This document shows positions 35,994 through 48,013 of a DNA stretch of 64,000 nt, piece by piece; within the stretch, counting starts at the first letter, position 1, and each line of letters starts with the position of its first letter. The translations under genes and the position numbers were made by a program. The notes below the pieces were generated by a model. That model had not been told where the DNA came from and did no database searches. It was given only the letters and a program-made list of their open reading frames with translations. Where the stretch lies: the NCBI RefSeq assembly GCF_000143415.4, contig NW_003314337.1, forward strand, positions 699,234-763,233, written 5' to 3'. Source of the DNA: Selaginella moellendorffii. Lineage: Eukaryota; Plantae; Lycopodiophyta.

Positions 35994-37510
35994 TGTCGTG
36001 AATGTGACTTTGGGTATCAAAAGATACTTATCAGCCAGTCCTTACGGACACTCTCTCCTTACTACCATGATGGTAGGAGGTCGGTACTGTTGGTTCCCTT
36101 TATTGGCCCCTCTTGTCCAAGTGTTAGTAAACTGGACTTAGCATCTGTACTTGGCCGGATGAGCATAAGGACGAAATTCCTAAGTGTCTATTTGGCCAAG
36201 CATACTTGGCTTGGCTTTTTAGTTCTCTTTTGCTCTATCTTGCACTGGCTTGGCAAGAACCCTCGCATATTGAGACTAATCCCTCATTATCGCTGGATGA
36301 TAGCTTACCATGTCTACCAAACACCCTCGCTATCATGCTCTTTGTGTTAGTCTCATTTCGGTTCCAAATGCTAATTATGGAAAGTGTCTAGATTCGCTCA
36401 TTCAACATATCTATGGAATGTAGAGATCGGCCTGAACACAATGGTGTTCGTCCCGTGTCCAAATTTGCAATCTAGGAACATTCCATATTTAATAAGTTTC
36501 GAGTTTGTCCCAAAGACTAACTCCTGATACTAAGGGAGGCTTAGCACCAGTCCATACGGACCACCTGGCAACGTCGCGTCCGTTCGTACACCTGGCCCAT
36601 TTCTGCCCTAATTTTTCTCCCCGGAAGTGGGAAGAACAGAGCAGCCGCTATGAGGAACAGTGACCGATGGTGAGCGAGGCGATTCCCAGCGATGGTGAAG
36701 AAAGATCGCAGGAAGAAGCGGCGGCCGTGGAAGGGGAGGCGTCCTGCAGCTATAATCTCGTGAAGAAGATGAAGAAACTGGATCGAGAATCCCTGAAAAC
36801 CCCAATCCCCGGCGAAGAGGAAGAGGAGGATGATGACGATCAATTCATGGATCCAGCATTGTGGGGATGCCTCCCGGAGGATCTCCACGACAGAATCCTG
36901 GCCCGGCTCCCAATCCCCAGCTTCTTCCGGCTCCGCATCGTCTGCTCGCGCTGGCAATCCCTCCTCTCCTCCCCGACATTCCTGGGGCACTGCGCCGCCA
37001 AGAATCACCAATCCTGGCTCCTCATGTTCGCGGACGTCCACTACAAGCTCGTCTTCGTCTACATCCCGGACGAAGATCGCTGGCTCCATTTCCCCCTCTC
37101 CTTCCTCCCCTCCAACATCTACTACATCACCGGGGGTAAAAGCCCAAAGCGTGTGTTCCTCAAGGGGGGGGGGGAGGGGGGTTATAGGGGGTTCCAAATG
37201 TATAGTAGTGATAGTGGTTGGATTGCATGTCTGATCACCTGAGACATTAGTTTGGCTCCCGCTGGGCTGTGTTGCTCTTTGTTCTGCGTCTGGCATGGGT
37301 CTAAGCTTAACCTCCATGCTGCTCTAGTCGGTGGGGTACCCTCCTCCTCACATTAGGCCATAAGTATGCCAAAATTGTGCCAAACTCCATCTGACACCAT
37401 TTTGCGTATAGGTGCTGGATACGGGGAGCTAGTGCTTATAGGATTGTACTAGACCCTCGTTTCGTAGTGCAATGGGTTTGGAGTTTGGCTCCAAATTCAA
37501 GTGCGCTACA
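35994..37510 (+). mobile_element. 3' LTR of family C containing a captured F-box fragment
   Basis: TG..CA ends directly after the PPT; homologous to 12600-13145 apart from the ~590-bp insert. Confidence 0.85.
36667..37242 (+). pseudogene. Captured 5' part of an F-box(/kelch-type) gene, reading through into LTR sequence
   Basis: MDPALWGCLPEDLHDRILARLPIPSFFRLRIVCSRWQSLLSSPTF is a canonical plant F-box motif. GC-rich; similarity stops at ~37132. Confidence 0.9.
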
Positions 37511-37536
37511 GTATACAACAAGATTAGTTGCCCAAT

Positions 37537-40500
37537 TGTAAGGAACCAACTTGCCAAGGTGTCATAGGCTAAAGGAACCCCGAAAGCATGACCAAAATAA
37601 CAAAGAGTTCATCGGATGGGACCAAGTCGAAGATCAAGTCCAAGACCGACTCTAGGACCGAGTTCGAGATAGAGTCCGGAATCGAGTCCGAGACCAACTC
37701 GGGGACCGAGTTTGAGTCCGAGTTCGAGACCGAGTTCGAGACGGAGTCCGAGATTCGAAATCGGGTCTGAGACCGAGTCCGAGGTCGAGTCCGAGGTCAG
37801 GTCCGAGATTGGGTCCGAGATCGAGTCCGAGATCGAGTCCGAGATCGAGTCCGAGACCGAATCCGAAGTCGGATCCGAGATCGAGCCAGAGACTAAGTCC
37901 AAATACTAATACGGGTCAAGGGGTGAAAGCCCAAAGCGTGCGTCTCCCAGGGGGGGGGGCTGCAGAATCCACCTTTCGCATCCACCACAACGGAAGTGGA
38001 TGCGAAAGGTGTGGCAAAGCTGTTCTTCGAACAAGTGGTTCGAGTGCGGGGAAGGCCGGAAGAGATTATCTCAGATCGAGATAAGATCTTCACCAATAGG
38101 TTCTGGAGGACACTCCTAGAATAGTATCGCACCAAGTTGAAATTCAGCACAGCCTATCACCCACAGACAGGTAATGGGTATTAAGTCAAGATTGATGGCA
38201 CTAACACTTCTTGATAGACGGACAAACGGAAAGGGTGAATAGGCAGCTGGAGGATTATTTGCGATGCTATGTCTCGGGAGACCAGACCGACTGGGTAAGT
38301 CATTTGGGACTTGTGGAAATGTGTTATAACAACTCACCACATTCAAGCATCGGGGTGAGTCCATGGGAAGTCATCAATGGGCAAGCTATTGAAGGTCCTG
38401 TGGAACTCGGCGTGGCCGAGTATCATGGAGAGTTACCCGCAGTGGAGGCATTCACGGCGGAAAGACTCAACATTTGGAATCTAGTGAGGGATTCCTTGGA
38501 ACGGGCTCAACAAAGGCAAACTAAGTACGCGAACCAAAAGCATCGGGATGTGGAGTTCCAAGCTGGGGAGAAGGTGTGGTTGAACACCAAGAACCTCAAG
38601 CTACCAAGTGGGATCAGCAGGAAGTTGACCCAAAGGTAAAAATGCATGTATTCCTGTAAATGAATTGATCTTGAGTTCCTTAAGCAGGTTCGCGGGGCCT
38701 TACGAGATTGAGGCTCGAATCGGTAAAGTGGCTTACCGTCTCCGACTTCCTCGAGAGATGGGGAAGATGCATCCCGTGTTCCACGTGAACTTACTCAAGC
38801 CATATTTTGAGGATCCGCTTCGCAAGGACCAAGTAAGACCTTTACCTGAGGTTATCCAAGGGGAGGAGGAATACGAAGTCGAGGCCATCCTCAATGCGCG
38901 CAAGAGCAAGCGACAAGGACGCGAGGTGAGAGAGTTCCATGTGAAGTGGAAAGGATTTCCACACTGCGAAGCAACATGGGAACCGGAGGAGAACCTAGCG
39001 AACGCGCGAGATCTAGTGGAGGAATTTCTGCATGGCAGAACTCTATGTACTTATGCAAAGTTCAATTAAAAGTATCAATTTGAGAAGTTGAGCAATGGCA
39101 TATGTTGGGACCCGAAGGCGCGCCGAAGGTAAGCTAATTAGCATGGGTTAGCTAGGTCGACCAGGCATAGGGAGCTACGCCCGACTCCCTGCGGGGATGT
39201 CGAATTCGTAGACGTATTCTACGGAGGTTGGGTTCAAGTCCCAACCCCCTAGTAAAGCAAGGCTGGGTTCAAGTCCCGACCCTATACTAGGGCGTGGTGA
39301 GGTGAGGAGTATAGGGACACCTATATTCCGTTGTCATGGGCTCTTGGCCGGGGAGGCTAACTTAGGCACATTGCTAAGTGGGGGGATGCCCCCGGAGACA
39401 TGGTCAACAAGTCGTAGGATAAAACGAGACGTTTGATGTGGGCATCGAACTTCTTCTATGGGTGGTGGAGTTGTAAGGAACCAACTCGCCAAGGTGTCGT
39501 AGGCTAAAGGAACCCCGAAAGCATGACCAAAATGACAAAGAGTTCATCGGATGGGACCAAGTCGAAGATCGAGTCCAAGACCGACTCTAGGACCGAGTTC
39601 GAGATAGAGTCCGGAATCGAGTCCGAGACCGACTCGGGGACCGAGTTCGAGTCCGAGTTCGAGACCGAGTTCGAGACGGAGTCCGAGATCTGAAATCGGG
39701 TCCGAGACCGAGTCCGAGGTCGAGTCCGAGGTCGGGTCCGAGATCGGGTCCGAGATCGAGTCCGAGATCGAGTCCGAGACCGAATCCGAAGTCGGATCCG
39801 AAATCGGGTCCGAGATCGAGCCAGAGACTAAGTCCAAATACTAATACGGGTCAAGGGGTGAAAGCCCAAAGTGTGCGTCTCCCAGGGGGGGGGGGGCTGC
39901 AGGGGGTTCCAAAAGTATAGTAGGGATAGTGAGGTCCAGGAACCAGTTTTGAAGGGACTCTCCAGTTGGGCTTCCAAACCGACTTGAGGTTGAGACTGGG
40001 AACGAGGGGCCTTGGGTGGGAGTGAACATGGACTTGGCTGGTGCCGGAGGGGCCATCCAAGGAAGTGCTCAAGAGCAGCTCCCACTCCCGAAAGGGAAAC
40101 CGATTGCGGTGCTCCCGGCTCATGTGGAGTGGTGCCCCACTTGAGTACCATGCGGCTCATTGGCCTTCGCCCTTCCTAGGGGCTTGGGCCTTCCTTCGGG
40201 ATGGAAATGGGGGGGTAGAGGTACCCATACCGGGCCGCTAGGCCACGGTGTTTTGCCCTGGCGTCCCGAAGCAAGTGTTGCACTCAAGACTTGGGATTTA
40301 GAGGGTCCCATGATCAAGTCTTGTAGTACCAATGGATGTTAGGAACCTGGAAGCTTGGTGTGCTTGGCTACTTGTGCTGGTGGGGAGTGTAGCCGAACCT
40401 TAAGTCCAGTCTAACCCGGGGAGGGGGATTGGGAGTGATTTGGGAATCCGTGGATGGATGGTTAACACTCCGTTGCTCGTGCAGTGAGTAGCTGAGACCA

Positions 40501-40620
40501 AGTAGGAGCTGGTACCATAGGCGAGAACCTTGGCAAGGGAGCTTAGCAAAAGCCAAGGCGGTGTTGGACGGATAGACGAGGTAAGCTGGCAAATTGGAAA
40601 GGAAAAATTTGTGGCTTACA
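37537..40620 (+). mobile_element. Chromovirus family A, internally deleted (5' LTR truncated ~37965; integrase C-half + chromodomain; 3' LTR 39472-40620)
   Basis: TSD CCAAT (37532-36, 40621-25); TG..CA ends; PPT ggtggtggag; hexamer arrays in both LTRs. Confidence 0.92.
37970..39069 (+). pseudogene. Integrase-chromodomain split by GT-AG introns 38171-38217 and 38636-38687
   Basis: Splicing restores YHPQT|DGQTERVN and KLTQR|FAGPY. Chromodomain EYEVEAIL...VKWKGFPHCEATWEPE. One nonsense codon ~38122. Confidence 0.88.
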
Positions 40621-40625
40621 CCAAT

Positions 40626-42632
40626 CTCATTGAATAGTACTCGCTGAGATGTAGCCTCTGTTGATATCATTTGGATACGTTTAGTCTGTAGTGTTGGATT
40701 TCATAGAGTCTTGGATGTGGTGATTCATTTCTTGAGGAAGTGTTATTTGTAACTAAGTTTTGCTGAAGGATTGGTCTCGGATACTGAGTAAAGTATCTTC
40801 GATCTTGGTTAGCTTAGTTGCTAGGGAGTTTTGAGTGGTGATTGACTCATGCTTTGAGTTGAAATATATCGATCATTGATAATTCTTCTTGTGTTTGTTA
40901 TGAAGTGAGTTACATCTTGCTATAGATGGATTCATGGAGGATCTTTTGGTGATCACTTGTTAAGCATAGCTTCGTTATGCTTAGCTTTTGGATTGATGCA
41001 GACATGCTCTTCAGTAGCTCTGGCATTATGAAGTTTAGCTTATAGATGTGTTGACGAAGATATTATGGGTTGTACCATGATTTTTTTTTAGCATTGAAGT
41101 TAGTTCATGTAAGACTTGTGATCATTATTAGGCAAGACTTAGCTATAGGCTTCTTTGAGCTTTTGGTTCCTTGAGTTTTCATGCTTGTGGTCCATTTGTT
41201 AGAAGTTGTTGGGGAAGGTAATTTTGGCTCATTAACTTCGATAAAGTTAGTATTTGCATCTGGCAATCATTGGTGATAATTAACTATCATCTAGGATAGT
41301 TGATTATCCTTGTCAAAAGGTTTTGCTTGATTGTTGTTGATATAGAATGATTCGCTATTCTTTGGGATAGTGGATTCTTTATTTGACAATGATTATGCAT
41401 CTCTTTATTGATAAGATGATTGATGGTCTTTCATGATAGTTAATTGTTCTCTTTGGTGGCTTATGGCTTTTCAGAATACCACATGTTCTTTGTGGTTTGT
41501 TCTAGATTGGTCTATTGGGTTTGATACATCAATAGGATATTGCTAGCACTTGCTTAGACAATTTCGGTTTTTTGGTGGGATCTATTCAGATTGGCTAAGT
41601 GCAATAATTGGTATGAATGAATGTTTGTTGGTCTTACCTCATTCATTCTGTTCTGTTGATTGTTGCTCGAGTTCATTCTGATAGGTTGGGATGTTATTTC
41701 CTTTGACTGATACATTCGCAAGCATTATGATTGTTAGTCAATGATACTTTGTGTTCTTTGAATTATCTTTCGTAAGTTGTTTGGCATTCTATCTGCAATA
41801 TTTAATAGTTAAGTTTTATCATAAAGTTTTCTAGATGATACACTTGCTATTGAATTTTGTTAGATAGTGAATCCTTTTTTTACCAATTATGATAATCTCG
41901 GTGGTTCCTGTACTATGATTCTGGTTTATCAGATGATAATTTCATTGGAATACTTTTGTGTTCTAATCTAAGTTTTATTCACTGATAATTAAGTCTCATA
42001 TAATAATTAAGTAATAATATAGACTTACTCATGGTGTTGCTCAATTGATGATCAAGTCATTGTGATTTTATATCAAATCCATGTGATAATAAGCAATGTG
42101 TTTACGAAGTTGCTTAGTTAAATGATGATCAACCCCAAAATGGTTGATAGAGAAGCTAATCTACTTATATATAATAGCATTATAGTAACTTTGACTGGAT
42201 TCTCGATAATGGTCCATTATGCTAAGTTTATGTTGATTCCTTAGTTCTTTGAGTTTGCCTATTGAGGTGTTGGTTGCTATAGCTTGTCAGTTAATCTGTT
42301 AGCACTTGGAGTAAATTGTCAAATGGAGAAGGTGTGTAGTTAAGGCATTGACGTCACTAACACTTGTGTTAGTGGAAGTGGCATTGTTATTTCAAATGAT
42401 AAGAAATTTTCTTTAGACTTTGATATTTCAAGTCATTTTTCTTATTAGTGTTTTGGCTTCACATTAAATCTTGAAAGTGGTTGAAGAAAAGTGTTAGTGC
42501 AATATGGATATCTGAAGATATGGTCTTCGTGATCAAACCTTGGATGTTCATTTTGCAGTTTTGTGAATATTGGTGTTGGATGTCAAAAGTATGAGCAAAA
42601 AGATGTTTGATACTTAAGCATATTGTTGGATT
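40626..42632. repeat. Old AT-rich, G+T-skewed degenerate repeat (unclassified), continuing at 58349-60668
   Basis: Blocks of 40660-41510 recur at 59350-60560; ~41510-41810 recurs at ~63690-64000; no intact ORF. Confidence 0.6.
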
Positions 42633-43081
42633 TGTCAAGACCCCCAACAAGATCAAGATTGGAAAATGCTAAAGACAAAGAGAAAAGCTAGTGGAAACAA
42701 AGAAGAGGCCTTAGACTGGCGTTGATTCAGATTGTGGAGAAATGGAACAAGGCTAACCTATATATACTATAGGTTGATGAAGCTCCACCACTCTTGGATC
42801 GAGGACGGCCTAAATATAGCTGAGGTCAAGGAGGCACCATATCAATATCAGGAATGTGGCTCAAGACTCAGGAATCGGGAAGTGTCTTGAGAGTCAGGAA
42901 TAGCGAAGTGTCTCGAGAGTCAGGAATAGGGAAGTGTCTCGAGAGTCAGGAATAGGGAAGTGTCTCGAGAGTCAGGAATAGGGAAGTGTCTCGAGAATCA
43001 GGAATGTGGTCTGCAGGTCAGGAATCCGGCGAGAGTCAGGAATGTGGCAAGAATTGGGGGATTCCTGACAGCACCCCCTCC

Positions 43082-46000
43082 TCAAGAACGAGTGGAACGA
43101 GGATGTGAATGAGAACGACGAGGAGGATGAGATGAGCGGCGAGGGATGGGAGATGGAGAAAAAGAATGAGGACTGGGACGACTAGGATAGCAGCGGTGGA
43201 AGTCCTGAACAAGGTCAGGAGAATGAATTAGGTTGTCCGCAAGTTCCCAAGTGCGTTCTTCAGGCCCGTAACCTTTCCAGTCGACCAGATAGTAGAGTTT
43301 AGACCGTGAAATCTTGGAATCAAGGATGTCCTGAACCTCGTACTCAGACCCATCCTCGAGCTGCACTGGTGGAGGTGGAGGAATGACCCGATTGGGAATA
43401 GGACTAGGAATATAAAGCTCAAGGAGAAAGGAATGAAAAACGGGGTGAATTTGATATGAGGAGGGAAGTGCAAGGCGATAAGTGACAGGATTAATGATGG
43501 CAGTGATAGGGAAAGGACCGAGGCGTTTGAAATCAAGTTTTGGACAGGGCCTGGTGGTGGAGATATTTCGCCTGAGGAGCCAAACTTTATCCCCAATATT
43601 GTAAGGGGGACAATCCTGACGATGGACATTGGCAAATGTTTTGTGGGATTCCTGAGCATGATGGAGGTGGAAGGAGATGGAGTTGTGGATTTCTTGGAGG
43701 TTGGAGACAAATGCCTCAGAGCGGGAATTTGAATGAGAGGATTCGGATGGAGAAGGAAGTGAGAGATTGAATCGAGGATTTCAGCCAGAATTTGCAAAAG
43801 AGGGGGAAATTCGAAGTGAGGAGTGAATAGAGTTGTTATAGGAGAACTCAGCAAGGGGAAGGATATCGAACCAGTTATCCTGATGATAGTTGATGAAGCA
43901 CCTCAAGAATTGTTTTAATGTCTGAATCGTTCGCTCGGACTGCCCATCAGTTTGAGGATGATACGCCGAAGAGAGGTTGGCTTTCACTCCAAGCAGCTGC
44001 AAAAACCGTTGCCAGAAATGAGAGATGAACTGAGGCCCCCGATCCGAAACCACATCTGTAGGAATCCCATGAAGTCGGAAAATTTCCCTGAATACCAGTT
44101 TTGCCATGTCCTTGCCCAAAAACTCCTTGGTACATGGCAAGAAGTGCGCCATCGTTGTGAAGCGATCCACCACGACTAAAATGTTGTTGAAGCCTCCAGA
44201 ACTCGGAAGATCACTCAAGAAATCCATGGAGATGGATTCCCAAGGACCTGAAGGGACCGGAAGGGAACGAAGCAAACCTGAAGGAAGGTGGCGAGGTACC
44301 TTATTCCGGGCGCAAGTGTCGCAGGAGGTAACAAAAGCTTTGATGTAGTCGTCCATGTGAGGCCACCAAAAGTCCCGTGCAACTAGTTCATAGGTTTTCG
44401 CAATGCCGAAGTGACCAGCAGTCGGGCTATCGTGGCACGCCATTAGGACCAACCTTCGAGCATCACCTTCAGGAACGTAAAGCTGCTCCCCACGGTATAA
44501 TAAGCCATCTAAGAACTTGAACTCGTCAAATCACCGGCAGTCGGGAGTCACAAGGTGTCCAGCCTGAAGATGGGGGAAAATGTGGCTGGCGAGATCATCG
44601 GATTGAAGATCGTTTCTGATGGCATCCATCAAGGAGGAGTCCTGAGGGGCCAAGGAAATTGCCATAACTTGAAGCCGATCAGGACCGAGGATAATTTGAT
44701 CCTGTTGATCGAAGGCAAGATTACCAGGCTTGAGACTGAGATAGGAGCGCCTTGAAAGAGCATCAGAAAGGCCTTGAAGCTTTCCAGGTCTGTACTTGAT
44801 AACAAAGTCAAATCGATTCAGGAATTGTGCCCACCTTACTTGACGACGGCTTAAAACTCGGGAAGTGGCAAAGTACTCGAGATTTTTGTGATCCGTCCAG
44901 ACTGTTTTTTGATGGCCCGCCCCCTCCAAGAAACGGCGCCACTCTCCAAAGGAATCCACGATGGCAAGGAGCTCCTTGTCGTGGATTTCGTAATTGATCT
45001 CCGCAGGCTGGAATTTTCGAGAATGGAAAGCGACCGGATGAAGTTCTTGATCCGCTCCGAGTTGAGACAGCACAGCACCGATGGCAAAGTCAGAGGCGTC
45101 AGCCTCAATGAAGAAAGGTTGTGAGGAATCAGCATGGATCAAAACGGGAGTAGAACTGAAGGCTGCCTTGAGTGTGTCGAAGGCGTGCTGGGCAGCAGTA
45201 GACCAAGAGAAGGGAACATCCTTGCGAGTGAGATGCGTGAGAGGGAGGACAATGTCAGAGTAGTGATCAATGAATTTGCAGTAGAAGTTGGCAAAGCCAA
45301 GAAAAACCTGAACGTCCGACATTGATTGTGGAGGCTCCCACTCGAGAATAGTCTTGACTTTGGCAGGATCCATCGTGATACCCTCAGGAGTGACAATGTA
45401 CCCAAGGAACTCCACAGACTGCTGATCGAAGGAACATTTCTCAAGCTTCGCATATAGGCCGTGTTCTCACAACTTCGCCAGCACCTTGCATACATGTTCG
45501 TCGTGCTCCTCCTGAGTTCTTGAGTAGATGAGGATGTCATCGAGGTAGACGATCACCATCTAATCAAGAAACTCCCGAAAGACGTCGTTCGCCATGTGTT
45601 GGAAAACTGCTGGAGCATTTGTCAAGCCAAATGGCATGACAGTGTACTCGAAGTGGCCATAGCGGGTTCGGAACGCAGTCTTCCATTCATCACTAGGCCG
45701 GATCCGGATCAGGTTGTATGCACCATGGAGGTTAATCTTGGTGAAGAAGCGGGCACCGCCGAGGCGTTCCAACAGGTCCGAGATCAGGGGCAGCGGATAA
45801 CGGTTCCGAACAGTCACCATGTTCAAACCTCGATAATCGATGACTAGCCGCAAACTCCCATCCTTCTTCTTGACAAAGAAGACAGGCGCTCCAGCCGGAA
45901 ACTGCGAATGCTGAATGAACCCCGAGGCAAGGTTCTCATCCACGTACTCTTTGAGGGCCTTAAGCTCGGACGGGGATAACCCGTAGATAGGCCCACACGG

Positions 46001-47801
46001 AGGTGACGCTCCTTCCTATAAATCAATGGGACAGTCATAAGGCCGATGAGTAGGCAGTACACTAGCTTTTTTCTTGTCGAACACATCCCCAAAATCATGA
46101 TACTTCTCAGGAAGACTGATAGGAAAAACATGCAAAGCAAAAAGGAAAATAGGTTCTTCATGAAGGAGTTCTTTCATAGTGATTGTGGAGATAGGAGGAG
46201 GTGTACGACTAAATGGAATGATGAGACAAGGATACTGTCTAGTGTAAGATGGAAGAGAGGAAAAAGAAGAGGGTGAAAACTTCGTAGAGTCAGGAACAGA
46301 ACCCCAATTTGAGTTTAGAGAACTTTTCCTGATTCGGACTCGATGAACAGCAGGGGAAGCCGTGGGAGATGGTGATGTGGGAGAGATGAGCTGTAAGTCC
46401 TTCCAACAAATCTAAGGCTGATGTAGTTGGAACCAAGGAAGTCCAAGCACCACAGAGGAGGACTTGCTGTTGATGATGTTGAAGGCGATATCGGTGACGG
46501 TGGACCCGATGTGTACTCGAACAGGCAACGTTTCCCTAAGTCCAGAAGATGGAGACACAAAATGCCCGCCGATGCCTTCAACCCTCAGATCCTGTATGGT
46601 AGGAGAAAGAGGAACGTGATGTTGAGCAGCAAAGTCCATGTCCATGAAGCAGGAAGTTGCACCTGAGTCCAGTAGCGCCAAAGCCTTGAGTCCTGATTGT
46701 CCGGTGAAAGAAAGGAGACATGGGACGCGGAAGTTGCGGGAATTGGTGGTGGCTTTGATGAAAGGTGGTGAGGAGCTTGATAAGGAAGAAAAGTGATTTT
46801 TATTTGGGGAGTCCAAACAGACAGCTCCTACTCTGTTTGGACAGGGTCGTTTCCCGACTGCAACAGAGGTGGACTTTGAGGCAGAGTGAACTCGAGCAAT
46901 CGGGGAGGCTTCTTGGGACACACAGCTGCTTTGTGATTAGGATCAGCACAGTAGAGGCAAAGATTATGAGATATTCGACGTTGCTTCTCAGCAGGACTCA
47001 ATTTCCTCTAATGAGTCGGGGAGTAACAGAAATATCCATCGAGACCGGAGCAGTAGGTTCAGGACTATGCCCCGAAGACTCAAGCTGGGATTCCTGAGTC
47101 TAGGACGGAAAAACAGCAGCGCGGCGACTTTCCTGACGACGTTCAAAGAGATGATTGTCACATCAAACAGCTTTGTTGATGGCATCCGACAGGTCCTTGG
47201 GATCCTCCATGGTGAGCAACAAATCCTTGACACCGTTGTTGAGGCCGAAACGAAATTGGTCAATCAGGGCCCGCTCATCCCACTGAGTGTCTAAGGCAAG
47301 GAGTTGGAACTCTGTAGCGTAGATTGAGGCAGGACGAGACCCCTGAGAGAGACGTCTCATCTTTGTGGTAGCAGCTCGAACCCGATCTGTCTCGCCAAAA
47401 CATGCTTCGAGCTTCTCTTTGAACAATTGAAGATCCATCAGCTCCGGGACCATGACCCCTTTCATGCTCTTCTCCAGAAGAGGAGAAAACCATGACAAAG
47501 CTGCACCCTCGAGCAACGTCCCAATCGCGCCGATTTGAGACTCGGGAGTGGGGTACCGCCGATGTTGAAGTGCAAAGATCAACTCCATTTGGTTCAAAAA
47601 TCCACGAAGCTCCGAACGCTTGCCTGAAAATTTCACCGGGAAACTCACCTTCGGTTCAGGAACTTTGCTGGATCCTTGAGCTGAAAGTGAAGCAAGCTCC
47701 TGCATGCGAAGAAGGGTCACCTTCAGCTCGGTATTCTCAGACTGGATTTTTGCAAGGACTTCGGCAAAGAAATCAGGATGGCTTGGAGACTCCATTGGCA
47801 A
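43082..47801 (-). pseudogene. gag-pol: gag-pol of the Tcn1-like element (gag, CCHC, protease, RT, RNase H, integrase, chromodomain), several stops/frameshifts
   Basis: PVKFSGKRSELRGF; CLYCADPNHKAAVC; LLDSGA; [15 protein letters not shown]; DASDFAIGA, NYEIHDKELL; SSAYHPQTDGQSER; EYEVQDILD...WKGYGPEERTWE. Confidence 0.95.
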
Positions 47802-47870
47802 GAAGAAAGAAAAGAAAGGTGGAAAAAGACAAAGGCAATCAAATAATAAAAACGAGCTAAAAGAAAAGCA

Positions 47871-47892
47871 AAAACCACAATCTGAATCAAAC
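47871..47892 (-). promoter_or_regulatory. Self-priming type primer-binding site
   Basis: TTGATTCAGATTGTGG (minus) next to the 5' LTR is the exact complement of the LTR's CCACAATCTGAATCAA, which lies ~22 nt downstream of TATATATA. Confidence 0.8.
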
Positions 47893-48013
47893 TGTCAAGA
47901 CCCCCAACAAGATCAAGACTGGAAAATGCTAAAGACAAAGAGAAAAGCTAGTGGAAACAAGAAGAGGCCTTAGACTGGCGTTGATTCAGATTGTGGAGAA
48001 ATGGAACAAGGCT

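Larger units (their letters stand above)
12389..37510 (+). mobile_element. Decayed full-length Ty3/gypsy chromovirus (family C), host of nested insertions
   Basis: Rearranged 5' LTR ends gcgctaca at 13145, followed by PBS tggtattagag. Then gag, CCHC knuckle, protease, RT (YIDD), RNase H, integrase, chromodomain. PPT aagggggggagag 35981-35993; 3' LTR 35994-37510. Confidence 0.85.

Noticed and set aside
36541-37317. 258-aa minus-strand ORF
   Set aside because: Antisense shadow of the GC-rich F-box fragment.
37915-37965. GGGTGAAAGCCC hairpin as group II intron domain V or a ribozyme
   Set aside because: Lacks the catalytic triad/bulge pairing and any hammerhead core.
42877-43045. Regular 26-bp repeats resembling a CRISPR array
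   Set aside because: No unique spacers; an LTR tandem repeat in a eukaryotic context.
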